Virus record (IMG/VR): IMGVR_UViG_3300033074_001257
Span: 21,405 to 85,404 of that record
Direction: 5' to 3' (one strand)
From: a virus
Lineage: Duplodnaviria > Caudoviricetes
Length of the DNA: 64,000 bases
Below the pieces are notes generated by a model. It ran no database searches. It had not been told where the DNA came from and saw nothing but the letters and a program-made list of their open reading frames with translations. The position numbers were made by a program, and so were the translations under genes. How positions within the stretch are numbered: the first letter of the stretch is position 1; the number at the start of each line of letters is the position of its first letter. Below are positions 7,119-19,000 of this stretch, one piece after another.

Positions 7119-9383
7119 GTGAAGATAAAAGTGAATGACAACGACCTGACTTTTATCTTCACCTACAGCGACGACCCCACAGAGTCGACGGACTATAAAA
7201 GCGGTTTTATTACGTTTTACTTCAAGAATAACCGCTTTAAGCACAGCGACATAGTTTTTATCTTCACGCCTGGGGGCGACACACACGACCCAAGCGACAG
7301 CGAAATCATCTTCGTCTTTAACCCATCAACGGGTCCGTCAAGCAAAATCCCACAACAGGCGTTTGACGGCGCACAATCGCACTTCAACATCTATCGCGAG
7401 CGCAACCTTAGCGCACAAGTGAACGACGGCTTGAAGTCGACGCTGACACTAAACACCTCACCCATCGTTCGCTTGCCGATGCAAGCATATGACGGGCAAT
7501 CAAGTGCCGCTCGCGTTTCAATACAGGTCAACTTTTCACCGAGCGCACAACTGGGATCCAGCACCCAGAACTTCACGCTCATCCAGCCCGTTGTGAAAAC
7601 GCTTGAGCTGACCGCGTCTGATTCAACCACGAGCTATGCGAGAGTCACGGCCGCGTGTGGCGTGTCGCTTGCGCTAAGCCACGGGGTGCAATCTACTGCC
7701 GCCATCACCAAACCGCCCGCCCAAACGATTAAGTTTGACGCTTACACAGGCACGCACGCACAAACAACACTTGTCGCGACCGCTGCTTTGAAAACCGTCG
7801 CTTGTGTGGGCGATGTTGTGTCCTTGGCGCTGTCTCAATCGCCCCACGTGACACTCACAGCATCAGATGGACACGTCGCACGCATCAACGAACTTGCTGT
7901 TCCTGGGTCTGCTGCTTTGCAGCTACTTGCCGCAAGCGGTGAGCACGCCCACACCACAATCTCAATTGAACCGCACTTAAGCGCACTTGCACACGACGGC
8001 AGTGAAGCTGTCTTTGAAATCACCGACAGCCCAACGTCAAGCATACACTTTGATTTCGCGCTCGGTGAAAAAGCATCGGCGTCGCTGTCAAAAGACATCC
8101 TGATCTCAACAACAGCCAAAGACGGTTACCGCGCAAGTTTGAACCTGTTGTCGCGTGATGCGTGGCGCATTGAAACCCAGGGCTTGATGTCGTTTGCCAC
8201 TGCCGCTCGCATAGCACCCAGCTACGGGCTCAAGGTAAAAGGCTTAAGCGGCGAGTCTGTGTCGATTGCACACTTGAGTGAGAACGATCGCTTCGTAGGT
8301 CGCGAGGGCACCTGTGTTGGCTTCTCGCTGTCAAGTGAAGTGACTTTCCCCGAGCACTACTTCCACGGTGAACACGCGTCAACTGAGCTGACACTTCGCC
8401 CGCCCGTCACTTTGGGTCAATCGGCCACAGACGGCAGTTCATCTGAATTCAATTTGCGGGTCATGATCTCAGCTAAACTGCCCATGGCGGCGTCGTTTGA
8501 AGCTTCAAGCCACATCCGAACCTTCAAAACACTCTACATTGACTTGAACTACAACACTTGCTGTCCCCTGACCGACCGTTCGTTTGATGTTGATCTGCGA
8601 CACGGCAACGACAACAATCGTTACGGGGCCAACTTTGAACTCACGACTTACCCAGCAACGCCGCAAGCGATCACCCACAACATTGCTAACAACAGCAACC
8701 AGACAAACTTTGGCGCTGCGTCGATGCGCCTGTCGGTGGTTCGCTTCATGTCGTTTAAATTTGCTTCAGGTGACGAATCAAAACTCTACAGAAAGCCACA
8801 AGCGTCGATTGAATTGCTTGCGCACAGCGGACAGTCTGCAAAGATGACGTTGACGCACCACTACAACGTGGACCTGACGCGCGGGGCGACACTGACGCTT
8901 GGCAACGTGGTCATCGAAACCAAAAAGCCCTACTTCACCCTAGACACTTTTACCCACACGGCGTCAATGGGCCAAGCGGCGCACTTGACCCTAAGCACTG
9001 CCCAGGGCCTTAGGTTCGTTCACCGGTACGCGGCAAATGAAGCGAAAATGATACTTCGGCGCGAACGGTTTGCTTTTAAAGCTGCTGAGGGCACTCGATC
9101 AGATTTTCCGCTTCGAACCCAAGTCCATGTTGAAGTCGATGCTCACATGGGTACCAGGAGTTACTTTGATTTCGTTCGTGACAAACACTATGCCGCAATG
9201 GGGTCCACCATGACGTTTAGCATCGACACCGAATACGACGTCGCCATCACGGACCCTGACTTGTGTCTCACGAACCAATACGTGGCGACGCTTAGCGACG
9301 GATCACCTGACCTCAACAACACCTTTGACGTGGCAGTTGAGGCTTTGCCCTTTACCCACTACATTGACGCGGAGTGTTTTTAA
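7119..9383 (+). CDS. Putative structural protein with degenerate internal repeats
   Basis: 754 aa, Ala/Ser/Thr-rich, recurring A-x-[DS]-G-x-x-[AS] motif; lies in the baseplate cluster. Confidence 0.55.
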   Translation: MKIKVNDNDLTFIFTYSDDPTESTDYKSGFITFYFKNNRFKHSDIVFIFTPGGDTHDPSDSEIIFVFNPSTGPSSKIPQQAFDGAQSHFNIYRERNLSAQVNDGLKSTLTLNTSPIVRLPMQAYDGQSSAARVSIQVNFSPSAQLGSSTQNFTLIQPVVKTLELTASDSTTSYARVTAACGVSLALSHGVQSTAAITKPPAQTIKFDAYTGTHAQTTLVATAALKTVACVGDVVSLALSQSPHVTLTASDGHVARINELAVPGSAALQLLAASGEHAHTTISIEPHLSALAHDGSEAVFEITDSPTSSIHFDFALGEKASASLSKDILISTTAKDGYRASLNLLSRDAWRIETQGLMSFATAARIAPSYGLKVKGLSGESVSIAHLSENDRFVGREGTCVGFSLSSEVTFPEHYFHGEHASTELTLRPPVTLGQSATDGSSSEFNLRVMISAKLPMAASFEASSHIRTFKTLYIDLNYNTCCPLTDRSFDVDLRHGNDNNRYGANFELTTYPATPQAITHNIANNSNQTNFGAASMRLSVVRFMSFKFASGDESKLYRKPQASIELLAHSGQSAKMTLTHHYNVDLTRGATLTLGNVVIETKKPYFTLDTFTHTASMGQAAHLTLSTAQGLRFVHRYAANEAKMILRRERFAFKAAEGTRSDFPLRTQVHVEVDAHMGTRSYFDFVRDKHYAAMGSTMTFSIDTEYDVAITDPDLCLTNQYVATLSDGSPDLNNTFDVAVEALPFTHYIDAECF

Positions 9384-10957
9384 TGGCCACTTGTGTGCAA
9401 ACGATTGAGGGCGGCAGCGTAACCCCCATCGCCAACAACTACACGGGTGAAGTTTCACTGGACGCTTCAGCCAACCGCGTCTTTAGCTTTTCGCTTGAAA
9501 CTTCACTCACCGTTTATGTGAAGCTGACTTTTAACGCATCGACCACGCCCCTCAAGAACGTCGCTGTGACGCTGCTGAATGCTAGCAAGGGCATCATCAC
9601 CACAACCACGTTCAAAGAAACGAGCGGCTTCCAGACCACTTTGCAGCGTGGCGAATATTACATTTGCTTGCGAACACTGATTGGGTCTTACGCGCTCACA
9701 CTGAACATGAGCACACTCATTTACCGAAGTGACATCACGATACCGATGGTTGCAGCAAGCGGCACGCAGTCGTCGTTTAACTTGAAAGTTCTGAAGCCCA
9801 GGGTTAAATGCACCCAGCCCATGAAGTTTGAAATCATCGACGGCTCGCTGCCGCCCGGGCTAACATTCAACGAAGCGGGGCTGATCAGCGGCACTGTCCC
9901 GGTCATCGACACACTCGGTCTGCTCAAGATACCCAGTGCCAATTTGATGGTTCCCCTCGAAAACGAAACCCTCGCCCTGTCGCTTCAGTGGTTCTTCACC
10001 GTTAAGGTCTCGCTGCTTAGCAACCCATCAAGATTTGACACCAAAAGGTTTTGCTTGCAGCTATACAACAACAACAGCCTATCCATCCACGAACACACAG
10101 ACGGCGAAGCTAACACGCAGTACCACTATGAGCGTGAGACTGTACATGTACACCCCGAAACCACGCTGTGTGGAACCGACGGCATAAAGCCCATCACCCA
10201 AACGCGACTGGTTGACTTTGTGAAGGCGTACACATTGCCCGATAACGTGGATCCTCGCGTGATATCGGCACTGCATATGCCCATCCCATACGATGTTACC
10301 GCCCTGGGCTTAAACAGCCACGATCGCGCTAAGAACTGGGCTAGCGACGGCACGCTTCAAGGTGATGCACTTCAAGGTGATGCGCTAGCACAAAACATGG
10401 TTGAGTTCATGGGCGCTGATTTCTTTGAGGTTGACAGCAGCGGCGAGTATGAAAGCATCGACGTGCCGTTCACCAGCGAGAGTGATGCTTTCGTGGTGCC
10501 GTTTGCAGTCTCAGACGTTACTGATGTCAAAGCGTATGTCACAACAAACTTAAGCGACGTCTTGGCCCAGGGCGTAGACCGTGACATCATTGACCGCTGG
10601 ATGGTCGGTGACGCGTCAATCACTTGTGAACTTCGGCCCCTAGACGTTTACGGGCAGGCGGTGGGTGACTTCAACACAGACGGCGACAGCAGTGAAGTGA
10701 TTGACGACGAACCGCAGGACGAAACAACGGACGAGCTGCCTTTGTTGCCCCTAGACAAATACGGCAACGAAGTGCCGATTGACTTGACGAAAGTGGGTGT
10801 CGTGGCCCAAACGCTTGTTCTGATTACTGGGCAGTACATGGACGAAGTTGACCCCGCGTTCATTTTTGAGAAATCATTCTCAGACATGATAAATTCCCTA
10901 GACGAATTGTTCCTTAATAGTTTTGACGGGCTAACAAGCTACGCGACACTGAAGTGA
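9383..10957 (+). CDS. Putative baseplate/structural protein with an Ig-like (putative Ig) domain
   Basis: FEIIDGSLPPGLTFNEAGLISGTVP is the typical putative-Ig motif; acidic C-terminus; TAATG overlap with the upstream gene. Confidence 0.55.
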   Translation: MATCVQTIEGGSVTPIANNYTGEVSLDASANRVFSFSLETSLTVYVKLTFNASTTPLKNVAVTLLNASKGIITTTTFKETSGFQTTLQRGEYYICLRTLIGSYALTLNMSTLIYRSDITIPMVAASGTQSSFNLKVLKPRVKCTQPMKFEIIDGSLPPGLTFNEAGLISGTVPVIDTLGLLKIPSANLMVPLENETLALSLQWFFTVKVSLLSNPSRFDTKRFCLQLYNNNSLSIHEHTDGEANTQYHYERETVHVHPETTLCGTDGIKPITQTRLVDFVKAYTLPDNVDPRVISALHMPIPYDVTALGLNSHDRAKNWASDGTLQGDALQGDALAQNMVEFMGADFFEVDSSGEYESIDVPFTSESDAFVVPFAVSDVTDVKAYVTTNLSDVLAQGVDRDIIDRWMVGDASITCELRPLDVYGQAVGDFNTDGDSSEVIDDEPQDETTDELPLLPLDKYGNEVPIDLTKVGVVAQTLVLITGQYMDEVDPAFIFEKSFSDMINSLDELFLNSFDGLTSYATLK

Positions 10958-11130
10958 AGGGTGGTGTTCATTGAAAGAAAAGATCGTCGTGAATGTGGTG
11001 CATGACGTGGCGGGCATTGACATCAGCAAGACGCTACGCAACAAGAAAACTGCCGCGCACCCACAACAAGCCCAACAGTACGAAGCCAAACAACGCGAAG
11101 CCAAACGGCTCGAAAGTGGGGGGAAGTAAA

Positions 11131-11439
11131 ATGGGACTTGGGGCAGTGCGCAAAGGCGATTGGAACATGGGCCATGGGCCGTACATGCCTACGAAAGCTA
11201 ACTCGTGCAGCGGCAATGTTCGCATCAACGGCAAAGGGGCAGTGCGCAAAGGCGACGCTTTCAAAGAGCACAAGCTGGGCAAAAAGAAGCACACGGATTT
11301 CCCCGTGACTGGATCGGCCACAGTTCGCATCAACGGCAAGCCCGCAGCTCGCAAACTTGATGCCATCAGCGACCCAACTCGCCTGAAGTGCAGTAGCATC
11401 ATCATCACCGCGTCGCGCAACGTGAAGGTGGGGCCATGA
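11131..11439 (+). CDS. PAAR spike-tip protein (T4 gp5.4-like)
   Basis: AVRKGD...GH, NVRINGKGAVRKGD...H, VRINGKPAAR..D...C...S.NV.VG. Start placed at ATG 11131 rather than the ORF-track start 10993. Confidence 0.88.
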   Translation: MGLGAVRKGDWNMGHGPYMPTKANSCSGNVRINGKGAVRKGDAFKEHKLGKKKHTDFPVTGSATVRINGKPAARKLDAISDPTRLKCSSIIITASRNVKVGP

Positions 11440-11804
11440 AGTCAAGTGACATTGATTTGTCTTTCGCCAAGACTGCCGGTGGAGACATTGGTTTGATTGA
11501 AGGCGACGACGCAGTTAAGCACGCCATCAGTCGACTGATTACCACAAACCTTCACGACTTGGCTTTCAACGACGTCCTCAGGTTCAACATTCGAAACTAC
11601 TTGTTTGAAGAAGCGAACCAGATGGTCTTTGGTGAGATTGAGCAAAAGATTCACCACGTCCTTGAATACCACGAGCCGCGCATCAAAGTAAAAGACGTGA
11701 ACGTGCAAATTCTGACCGGCAACGGTATCGACATCAACATTGTGTACACAGACACCGTGACGGGTGTCGTCAAGACATTCGACAACTCATACGGGGCCAA
11801 ATGA
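11436..11804 (+). CDS. Baseplate wedge protein (T4 gp25-like)
   Basis: DIDLSF...GDI...AVK.AI..L, LFE, I...L..HEPRI.V.DV. Confidence 0.85.
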   Translation: MKSSDIDLSFAKTAGGDIGLIEGDDAVKHAISRLITTNLHDLAFNDVLRFNIRNYLFEEANQMVFGEIEQKIHHVLEYHEPRIKVKDVNVQILTGNGIDINIVYTDTVTGVVKTFDNSYGAK

Positions 11805-13543
11805 CCATGCAACTTGATGCCAACTTTGACGAGATTAAGCAATACCTGGTTGCGAGCTTCAAGGGCAATGAAAAGTTCAAAGACTACAACTTTGAAGGCA
11901 GCAACCTGTCGGCTTTGGTTGACATCTTAGCGAGGAACACTTACTTCAACATCTACTTCATCAAGATGCTGTTCAACGAAATGGTGCCCAGCACCGCGAG
12001 CAACCCAGACAGTTTGGTTGCCCATGCGCTGCGACACGGCTACCTCATTAAGAACGCACACCCGAGCATGGCGCGAATCAAGGTGACTGCGAAAGGCACT
12101 GCACAAGTCCAGTATGTCACCGTTCCGCTGGGCACACTTTTTGCATCAACCACACCCGACAACACACGAGTATCTTTCATCACACTAGAGCAGCACACAT
12201 TGACCGATCGCAACGCCGACGGTGATCTGACGGGTGAGATTTCAATTTATGAGGGTACGTTCAAGTCAACCACGTTTCGCGCTGCCGGTGAAGTGACTTA
12301 CACTTACATGTTAGACGACCCCAACATCGCGGTTGATTACCTGTTCGTTGAAGTGGCCAAGGGCGGCGGACAGAAGTTCACGAAATTCACGCGCTACAAC
12401 AACACGGCCCCAAACAAAGACGACAACGTCTATTACATGAAATTCATCGGAGGCCATTATCACATCTTCTTTGGCGGCAACCAGTTTGGGTATCAGCCGC
12501 AGCTGGACGAGCTCATCAAAGTGACCTACTTCATCACCAACGGCAGTGCAGCCAACACCGCGTTCGTGTTTGAACCCATCATCGCAACATCAACCGACAC
12601 AACCGACATCGGTCACTACGCGGTTGAGGTTGAAACGCTTAGCATGGCCAGCGGCGGGCAGTCGTCGGTTGATTACAATGTCCTGGGCACGATCCTCACG
12701 AACTTCAATCGCGTGAGTTCGGTTGCAGTGACACCAGAAGATTACAAGTACGCGGTCCTGGACAACTTCGGGGACATCGGTTCGATTGCGGTTTGGGGCG
12801 GGGCATCAAACAGCAACAGCGTAGACAATGACGCGTCACAGTACGGCAAACTGTTCATGTCCATCAAGCCCAAAGGCAGCGATACGCTGTCCAACGCTGC
12901 CAAAGAAGCCATTGCAAGCTACTTGCAAAAAAACCACGCGATCGTGGGTCAGTCCATTGTGTTCGTTGATCCAAAATACATTGACCTTGACATCGACATC
13001 ACCGCAACGCGCACGAAAGAAGGGCGCGACGTCAACGGCGAAACCATTCGCACAAACATCATCAAGCGGAGCGACGAGTTCAGCAAAAACGAACTCAACA
13101 CCTTCGACAGCGGCTTGTCGTTCTCACGCTACCAGAAGGTCGTGTTCGACGGCTACAGCGACATCCTCTATCGCGTGAACACACGCATCACGCTGAGCCA
13201 CACGGTCAAAATCACTTCGCTGAATCAAAACTACGTCGTTGACTTCAAGAACGACCTGAGTTCGTTTAGAAGCGAAGTGTTCACTTACGGCAACAACGAC
13301 GCGTATTTCACTGTCTTGAATCCAGCATCAGGCAAAGTGGCGATTTCGCTTGTGGTGAACGGTGTCGTGAGTAACGGAACCTTTGGTACCGTTGATTTCG
13401 ACCGCGGCGTGGTGACGCTTTTTGTGCCCGACAACACCATTTCGCGCACCCTCACGCTGAAAGTCACCACGCTATCAAATGACCTGGGTGTCAGTAAGAG
13501 CAACATCCTTCGCATCAAGAACACAAGCGTCACGCTACAGTGA
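11801..13543 (+). CDS. Baseplate wedge protein (T4 gp6-like)
   Basis: NFDEIK..L...F......DYNFEGS.LS.L.D.LA.NT, FGGN.FG..P, AVT..DY. Confidence 0.9.
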   Translation: MTMQLDANFDEIKQYLVASFKGNEKFKDYNFEGSNLSALVDILARNTYFNIYFIKMLFNEMVPSTASNPDSLVAHALRHGYLIKNAHPSMARIKVTAKGTAQVQYVTVPLGTLFASTTPDNTRVSFITLEQHTLTDRNADGDLTGEISIYEGTFKSTTFRAAGEVTYTYMLDDPNIAVDYLFVEVAKGGGQKFTKFTRYNNTAPNKDDNVYYMKFIGGHYHIFFGGNQFGYQPQLDELIKVTYFITNGSAANTAFVFEPIIATSTDTTDIGHYAVEVETLSMASGGQSSVDYNVLGTILTNFNRVSSVAVTPEDYKYAVLDNFGDIGSIAVWGGASNSNSVDNDASQYGKLFMSIKPKGSDTLSNAAKEAIASYLQKNHAIVGQSIVFVDPKYIDLDIDITATRTKEGRDVNGETIRTNIIKRSDEFSKNELNTFDSGLSFSRYQKVVFDGYSDILYRVNTRITLSHTVKITSLNQNYVVDFKNDLSSFRSEVFTYGNNDAYFTVLNPASGKVAISLVVNGVVSNGTFGTVDFDRGVVTLFVPDNTISRTLTLKVTTLSNDLGVSKSNILRIKNTSVTLQ

Positions 13544-13550
13544 GACTGCC

Positions 13551-14930
13551 ATGAAAAACCCCTACACGATGCCCCTGTCGTCTGAATTGCTGTTTGACAT
13601 TGAATCGTCAATCCCAGACAACATCAGAACCAATTACCCGATCTTTATCGACTTCATCATGCACTACTACAAAACCCTGTATGAGAGCGACGCTTATGCG
13701 ATGCTGAGCAAGTATCGCCAATTCATCACATCCATGGAAGATTCACAGGCAGCACTTGATCTTGTCATGGGTGACCTTGGGTTCAATTTCAAACTGAACA
13801 AAAACATCAGCGCCAACGTGGCGCTTGTTTTGCTGAATGAACTGAAGCGCACGCGCGGCAGCGAAAACTCAATAAAGTTGTTCTTCAGACTCGCGCACGA
13901 CACCGACGTTGTGGTGGACACACCCAAGAACAGTTTGTCAAAACTAAGCGACGCGCCGGCTGTGATTGTTCACAGCACACTGCTTAAGGTGGTTGACTTC
14001 GTGACAGAAGAACCGCGCCGCTTCACAAGCTACGAGTCGCGCTTGAATTGTTCAATTGACGACACGGTGCCCTTTTTCAAGGACGGTGAACTGTACGTCT
14101 ATGTCACCTACACGGGCGACGAGCACGCACTTAAATTGAATGAGCGCGTGGACTTGGTGAGTGAAAGCGAACGAGCTTCAGCGTCGGTCGTCGTGGGGTT
14201 TGACGAGCCTGTAATTGAGAACGGCGGAAAGTTTTACGCAGTGGGCGATCGCTTTGTGGCGACCGACGCTTTGCTGGCCGGTGAGTACGAAGTCACCGAC
14301 GTCAACTACGGTTCAATCTTTACAGTTGACGTCGAAGTTCCCGGTGAAGGCTATGCGGTGGGCGATCGTGTGTTTGCTAAACCCAACGGCGGTTTCAGTG
14401 GGCGCGTGAGTGAGGTTGATGGCGTGGGCGGCATCGTTTCCGTTCACGTCGATCACGTGGGCAACAACTTCAAAGACGAACCCACTTTGTTTGCTAAGAG
14501 CGGCAACGGCAACGGCGCAGTTCTGAAGTGCGGCAACCACAACATCGGCACCATCAAAAAGTTCAAGACGCTGATGCCGTCGATGGGCGTCAACAACCCA
14601 AGTGACGTCGCTTGCGTTCGCCACTTCACCGAAAAAGGACAAGGTGCAGTCATTCAATTTGAAAAGACGCCGTTCGTCACGAAACGCGATACCCTAGACA
14701 GCAGACATTTGCTTGAAGTTAGCTGCCACTTGGTGGACAGCCGGCTCCTACACGATTACTCGTATAGCTTGACCACCGAAGCAAAATACGACACTTTCGC
14801 AGAAGATTATGAAAGGTATTTGGCACGCATGGGTTACAACTACGTTCACATCAGACCAATTTGGTGCGAGTTTAATAGTACCAGTGAATCTGTAACGGCA
14901 GTGAAATGTGATGGAGCGGATATTAATTGA
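13551..14930 (+). CDS. Baseplate wedge protein (gp7-like)
   Basis: IP..I...YP.F..F...YY, RG.E.SIKLFF, G.GY.VGD repeats, L.DS...DYSY; lies between the gp6 and gp8 homologs. Confidence 0.6.
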   Translation: MKNPYTMPLSSELLFDIESSIPDNIRTNYPIFIDFIMHYYKTLYESDAYAMLSKYRQFITSMEDSQAALDLVMGDLGFNFKLNKNISANVALVLLNELKRTRGSENSIKLFFRLAHDTDVVVDTPKNSLSKLSDAPAVIVHSTLLKVVDFVTEEPRRFTSYESRLNCSIDDTVPFFKDGELYVYVTYTGDEHALKLNERVDLVSESERASASVVVGFDEPVIENGGKFYAVGDRFVATDALLAGEYEVTDVNYGSIFTVDVEVPGEGYAVGDRVFAKPNGGFSGRVSEVDGVGGIVSVHVDHVGNNFKDEPTLFAKSGNGNGAVLKCGNHNIGTIKKFKTLMPSMGVNNPSDVACVRHFTEKGQGAVIQFEKTPFVTKRDTLDSRHLLEVSCHLVDSRLLHDYSYSLTTEAKYDTFAEDYERYLARMGYNYVHIRPIWCEFNSTSESVTAVKCDGADIN

Positions 14931-16002
14931 TTCAATTCTAAACAACAGTGCGGTCACTGTTTATCTCGGACACAGCAGTGGCGGCACTTTTGACACCCAC
15001 AACATCAAGTATGATGCGCCCATCAGCAACGTCACGAAGTCAATTGCCGTAGACATCAATCGCTACACGGCAAACGACATTCTGAACACTTACCCAAGTG
15101 AAAAGTCCTATTACCTGTCTGGCGATGACATCTACATTTGCTTGTCCAACAACGGCGGCAGCCCATCAACAGAAGCTCCGCACTCAAAATCAAAGCTGAA
15201 CATCAAGACAGACGATGGATACGTTTGGCGCTACCTGTGCAGTGTGTACGCAAGAAGCGAATTGAAGTATCTGCGGCTGCCGCGAAGCACTGGAACTGTA
15301 CCCATCAAAACCCCCATCGCTTCACTCGTCGCGCAACCGAGCACCCTGAACTTCACAAACACACTGCGACACGTGGTTTATAGTCAATACGGCCGCAATG
15401 CCACATTCGTATATGACGAGGGCAGCGACGGCAAAGTCAAGAACATCACAGTCGCTTTGGGCGGCAGCGATTATCGAAACCGTGATGTTTTTCTGATTAG
15501 CGACAACATGGAAACCCCACACACCCTGCCCACTTTCACCACAAGTCTCAATGAAGGTTCGATTGACGCAACGCTGCTAAACGGCGGCAGCGGCTTGAGT
15601 GAGTGCAAGATCCACGTGGTGGGTGACGGCACCGGCGCTTCTGTCACTGCCACGCTGGTCGGCAGTTCAGTTGGCACCATCAACGTCACGCCCGGCAGCG
15701 GCTACACGTGGTTCAAGTTGGTGCCGGCACCGTCCATCAACTCATTTGCCACCCACGTCATCACGGAACCCAAGAACGGAATCGGGTTTAATATCATCGA
15801 CGATGTGAAGCCACTGAAGCTATTGTTCACTGTATTCCTTGATAAAGTCACAGACGGCGACATCTTGAACTTTGCCGCAATCGGCAACAAGCGCAAGAAC
15901 GACAGTGAGAACCCAGAGATTTATAGCGTGGCGTGGTTTGATGATGTGGTGCTAGATGCACAGTCACAGAACCAACTCAAAATCATCATTTCAGGAGAGT
16001 AA
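14911..16002 (+). CDS. Baseplate wedge protein (T4 gp8-like)
   Basis: IYICLSNNGGSPST.AP......TDDGYVWRYL motif. Confidence 0.75.
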   Translation: MERILIDSILNNSAVTVYLGHSSGGTFDTHNIKYDAPISNVTKSIAVDINRYTANDILNTYPSEKSYYLSGDDIYICLSNNGGSPSTEAPHSKSKLNIKTDDGYVWRYLCSVYARSELKYLRLPRSTGTVPIKTPIASLVAQPSTLNFTNTLRHVVYSQYGRNATFVYDEGSDGKVKNITVALGGSDYRNRDVFLISDNMETPHTLPTFTTSLNEGSIDATLLNGGSGLSECKIHVVGDGTGASVTATLVGSSVGTINVTPGSGYTWFKLVPAPSINSFATHVITEPKNGIGFNIIDDVKPLKLLFTVFLDKVTDGDILNFAAIGNKRKNDSENPEIYSVAWFDDVVLDAQSQNQLKIIISGE

Positions 16003-16003
16003 C

Positions 16004-19000
16004 GTGGAATTCAATAGCGCACCCTACTTCGACGATCATGATTTCACGAAGAACTACAAGAAAATTCTGTTCAAGGCGGGTGCCGCAATCCAGGCGCGTG
16101 AGCTCAACCAGATCCAGTCCATCTTTCAAAGTGAGATTGGCACGTTCGCCGACCACATGTTCAAGAACGGTTCGAAGATTTCAAACTGCCGCACCGCATT
16201 CACGCGAAAGTCTTACGTTCGCGTTGAAGCCAACGACATTGACGGCAACGCGATCATTGAACCCCAGGGCATCATTCGCGTGTTTGGCGTGACGTCAAAG
16301 GTTGAAGCCACCTACAGTGGATTTGCACGCGCAAGCGACAGCGACCCTGACACCCTGTTCGTGCAGTACACTAAGGCGGGCGGCGACAACGGCGACGTCA
16401 AGACGTTCTTGCACGGTGAGCATCTGCAAATTTGTGATGAGTTTGGTAACATCCTGTACACCTGGACAGTTCGCTGCCCAACTTGCGTCAATTCAACGTC
16501 CGTGGGTGAAATTTCGCCCACAGGCGAGACCATGTTCTACACGATTGACGAGGGCGTGATTTACTACAACCAGATGTTCATTGCGGTCAAGCGTCAAGAG
16601 ATCATCATCACCAAATACATGACGTTTGATGCTAACAACATTCCACTTGAGCCCCGTAGTTTTAAAGTGGGTCTTGATTTCATCGACAGTGTCGTGACGG
16701 TGGCCCAGGACGAGTCGCTGTACGACAACTCACTCGGGTGGCCCAACGAGGGCGCACCGGGCGCCGACAGGTATTTCGTTGAACTGAAGCTCGTGCAGCG
16801 TTCATACGACGACGATGACGGTGAGCGTTTTATCCTGCTGGCCAAAGTCCAGCCCAACTACCGAGTGACGTTTTCACGAGAAGATGTTGAGTACGGCAAC
16901 ATCATGCGCGAGATGGCACGACGAACGTACGAGACCAATGGAAACTTCACGGTGGCACCTTTTACGGCGACGTTCTTAGAAGCGCGTAAACGCCACGAGA
17001 GTGACAGTCTCGGGTATATGCTGAACGGACGTGAAGATCAGATCGTCGCCGAAGTCAATCCAGGTATCGCTTACGTTAGCGGATACCGCGTCAGTGAGAG
17101 CGATAAAGTCGCCATCATGATTGACAAAGCACGCGACACCGCAAAGCGCCGACACCAAACCACGCGACTGATGCCGTTTCGCTATATTGAGGTGGATGTT
17201 GTAAGCAACGACTTGTTGGTCAGTGGCGCTGCCAGCAACGACATCCTAGATCAAACGCTGCTGACCGCCTACGACAATTACGACACGGCCACCAACCAGC
17301 CCAGCGGCAACGTGGTGGGCACGCTTAAGGTGATCGACCAGCAGCGGTTAAACAGCAATCGCTTCGCCCTGTACCTGTATGAAATCAACATGAACGCCGG
17401 CAAGCAGATCAGCGACATTCGCGGCGTCAAGACTTCAAATAATCGCTTCGTGGCAAAAGCGATCTTGACCGACGGCAAGTGTGTTCTGAACAACGCCGAC
17501 AAAGACAGCCTGCTTTATAGCATGGGCAGTGATCTCGTGGTGAAGTCACAGCGTTCAATCGACGACAGCACGCGCGGCAGCATCCAAGTCCAACTGCGGC
17601 GGAAGTACAAAGGCACAGCAGACGCTGCCGGCGTGATCACATTCACAAGCACGCCCCTTGAATCATTCCAAGCGCACAACGACAGCAACAACTTCCTGAA
17701 CGTGGACGGCGTCACAGTCGCACTCACACCGTCGCAAATCAGTGTCGTGGACAACACACTGATGATCACCGGCTTGACTCCGCACGCGACTGTCGTCTAT
17801 CACGCCACGGTTGAAAAGTACAACCAGACGGAAAAGACCAAAACGCTGGTCACGTCCACAGTGACATTCCCATACGACGACACCAAGAACATCGGTGACG
17901 CCATTAACTTGCAAAAGGCTGACGTGTTCAAAATCAAGTCAATTAGCTTGATTGAAGACAACAATGTGAACTTTGTTCCGATTGATGTGATGGATCAGTT
18001 CAAGCACGTCAGAGGCGACACGCCTTTCTATTACGGTGTGGACACTTTGCAGCGCGTGAAAACGCACGGACCGCTCACTGGAAGCTTTTCACTGCGGGTG
18101 ACGTTTGACTACTTCGACCACAGCGGCGCCCAGGGCTATTTCACGATCGACAGCTACATGAGTTTGGTTGAACAAAACATCATCACCTACAGCGAACTCA
18201 TGGAATACGTCATTTTCCAAAATGACCAGTTTAAGGCGGACGTGACTTTCGTTGACTTTAGGCCCCTCTACATCAACGGACAATTTACGTCTGTTAGCGT
18301 TCCGCTCCAAGGCAGCTCGTTCGTCAGTGACATCGAATACTACTTGGGTCGCGCTGACCTCATGCAAATCACGAAAGACCAGAAGATCACAGTGAAGCGT
18401 GGCGTGCCGGCAATCAATCCGACGCCGCCGGTGGTAGATGAGGGCGCGATGGCGCTTTATGAGATCTACTTGGGTGCCTTCACTTTTAGCGCCGCAAACA
18501 GCGTCCGGACGAAGTTTATCGACAACCGCCGCTTCACCATGAAGCAGATTGCCGCGTTTGATAACCGCATCAGCAAACTTGAATATTACACAGCACTGAA
18601 CGCCCTTGAAAGCGACACTGTCAACATGTCCATCACAGACGAGAATGGCCTAAATCGGTACAAGAACGGATTCATCGTTGATGGGTTCAAGAACTTCCAA
18701 GCCTGTGACATCACCTACAGCGAATATGCCTCTTGCATCGACCGCGAGCGCGGTGAAATGCGACCGCCGTTTGCCATGTACCACCAGCCCATGGCACTAA
18801 ACGCCCAAAAGTCACAAAACATTCGGGTGTTTGGTGGCATCGCTTTGGGCGATTACGATGAGGTTGAATTCAGCGGCAACCCCTACGCCACAAAGACAGT
18901 GAGCATCAACCCATACCTCGTTCCTGTTCGCAAGGGCACTCTCGTGCTAACACCCAACGTTGACACTTGGAGCGACACCCAGAAGCTGCCGCACATTGTT

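Noticed and set aside
10970-11130. Possible 53-aa gene (MKEKIVVNVVHD...ESGGK) before the PAAR gene
   Set aside because: TTG start and no recognisable motif; plausible but not supportable.
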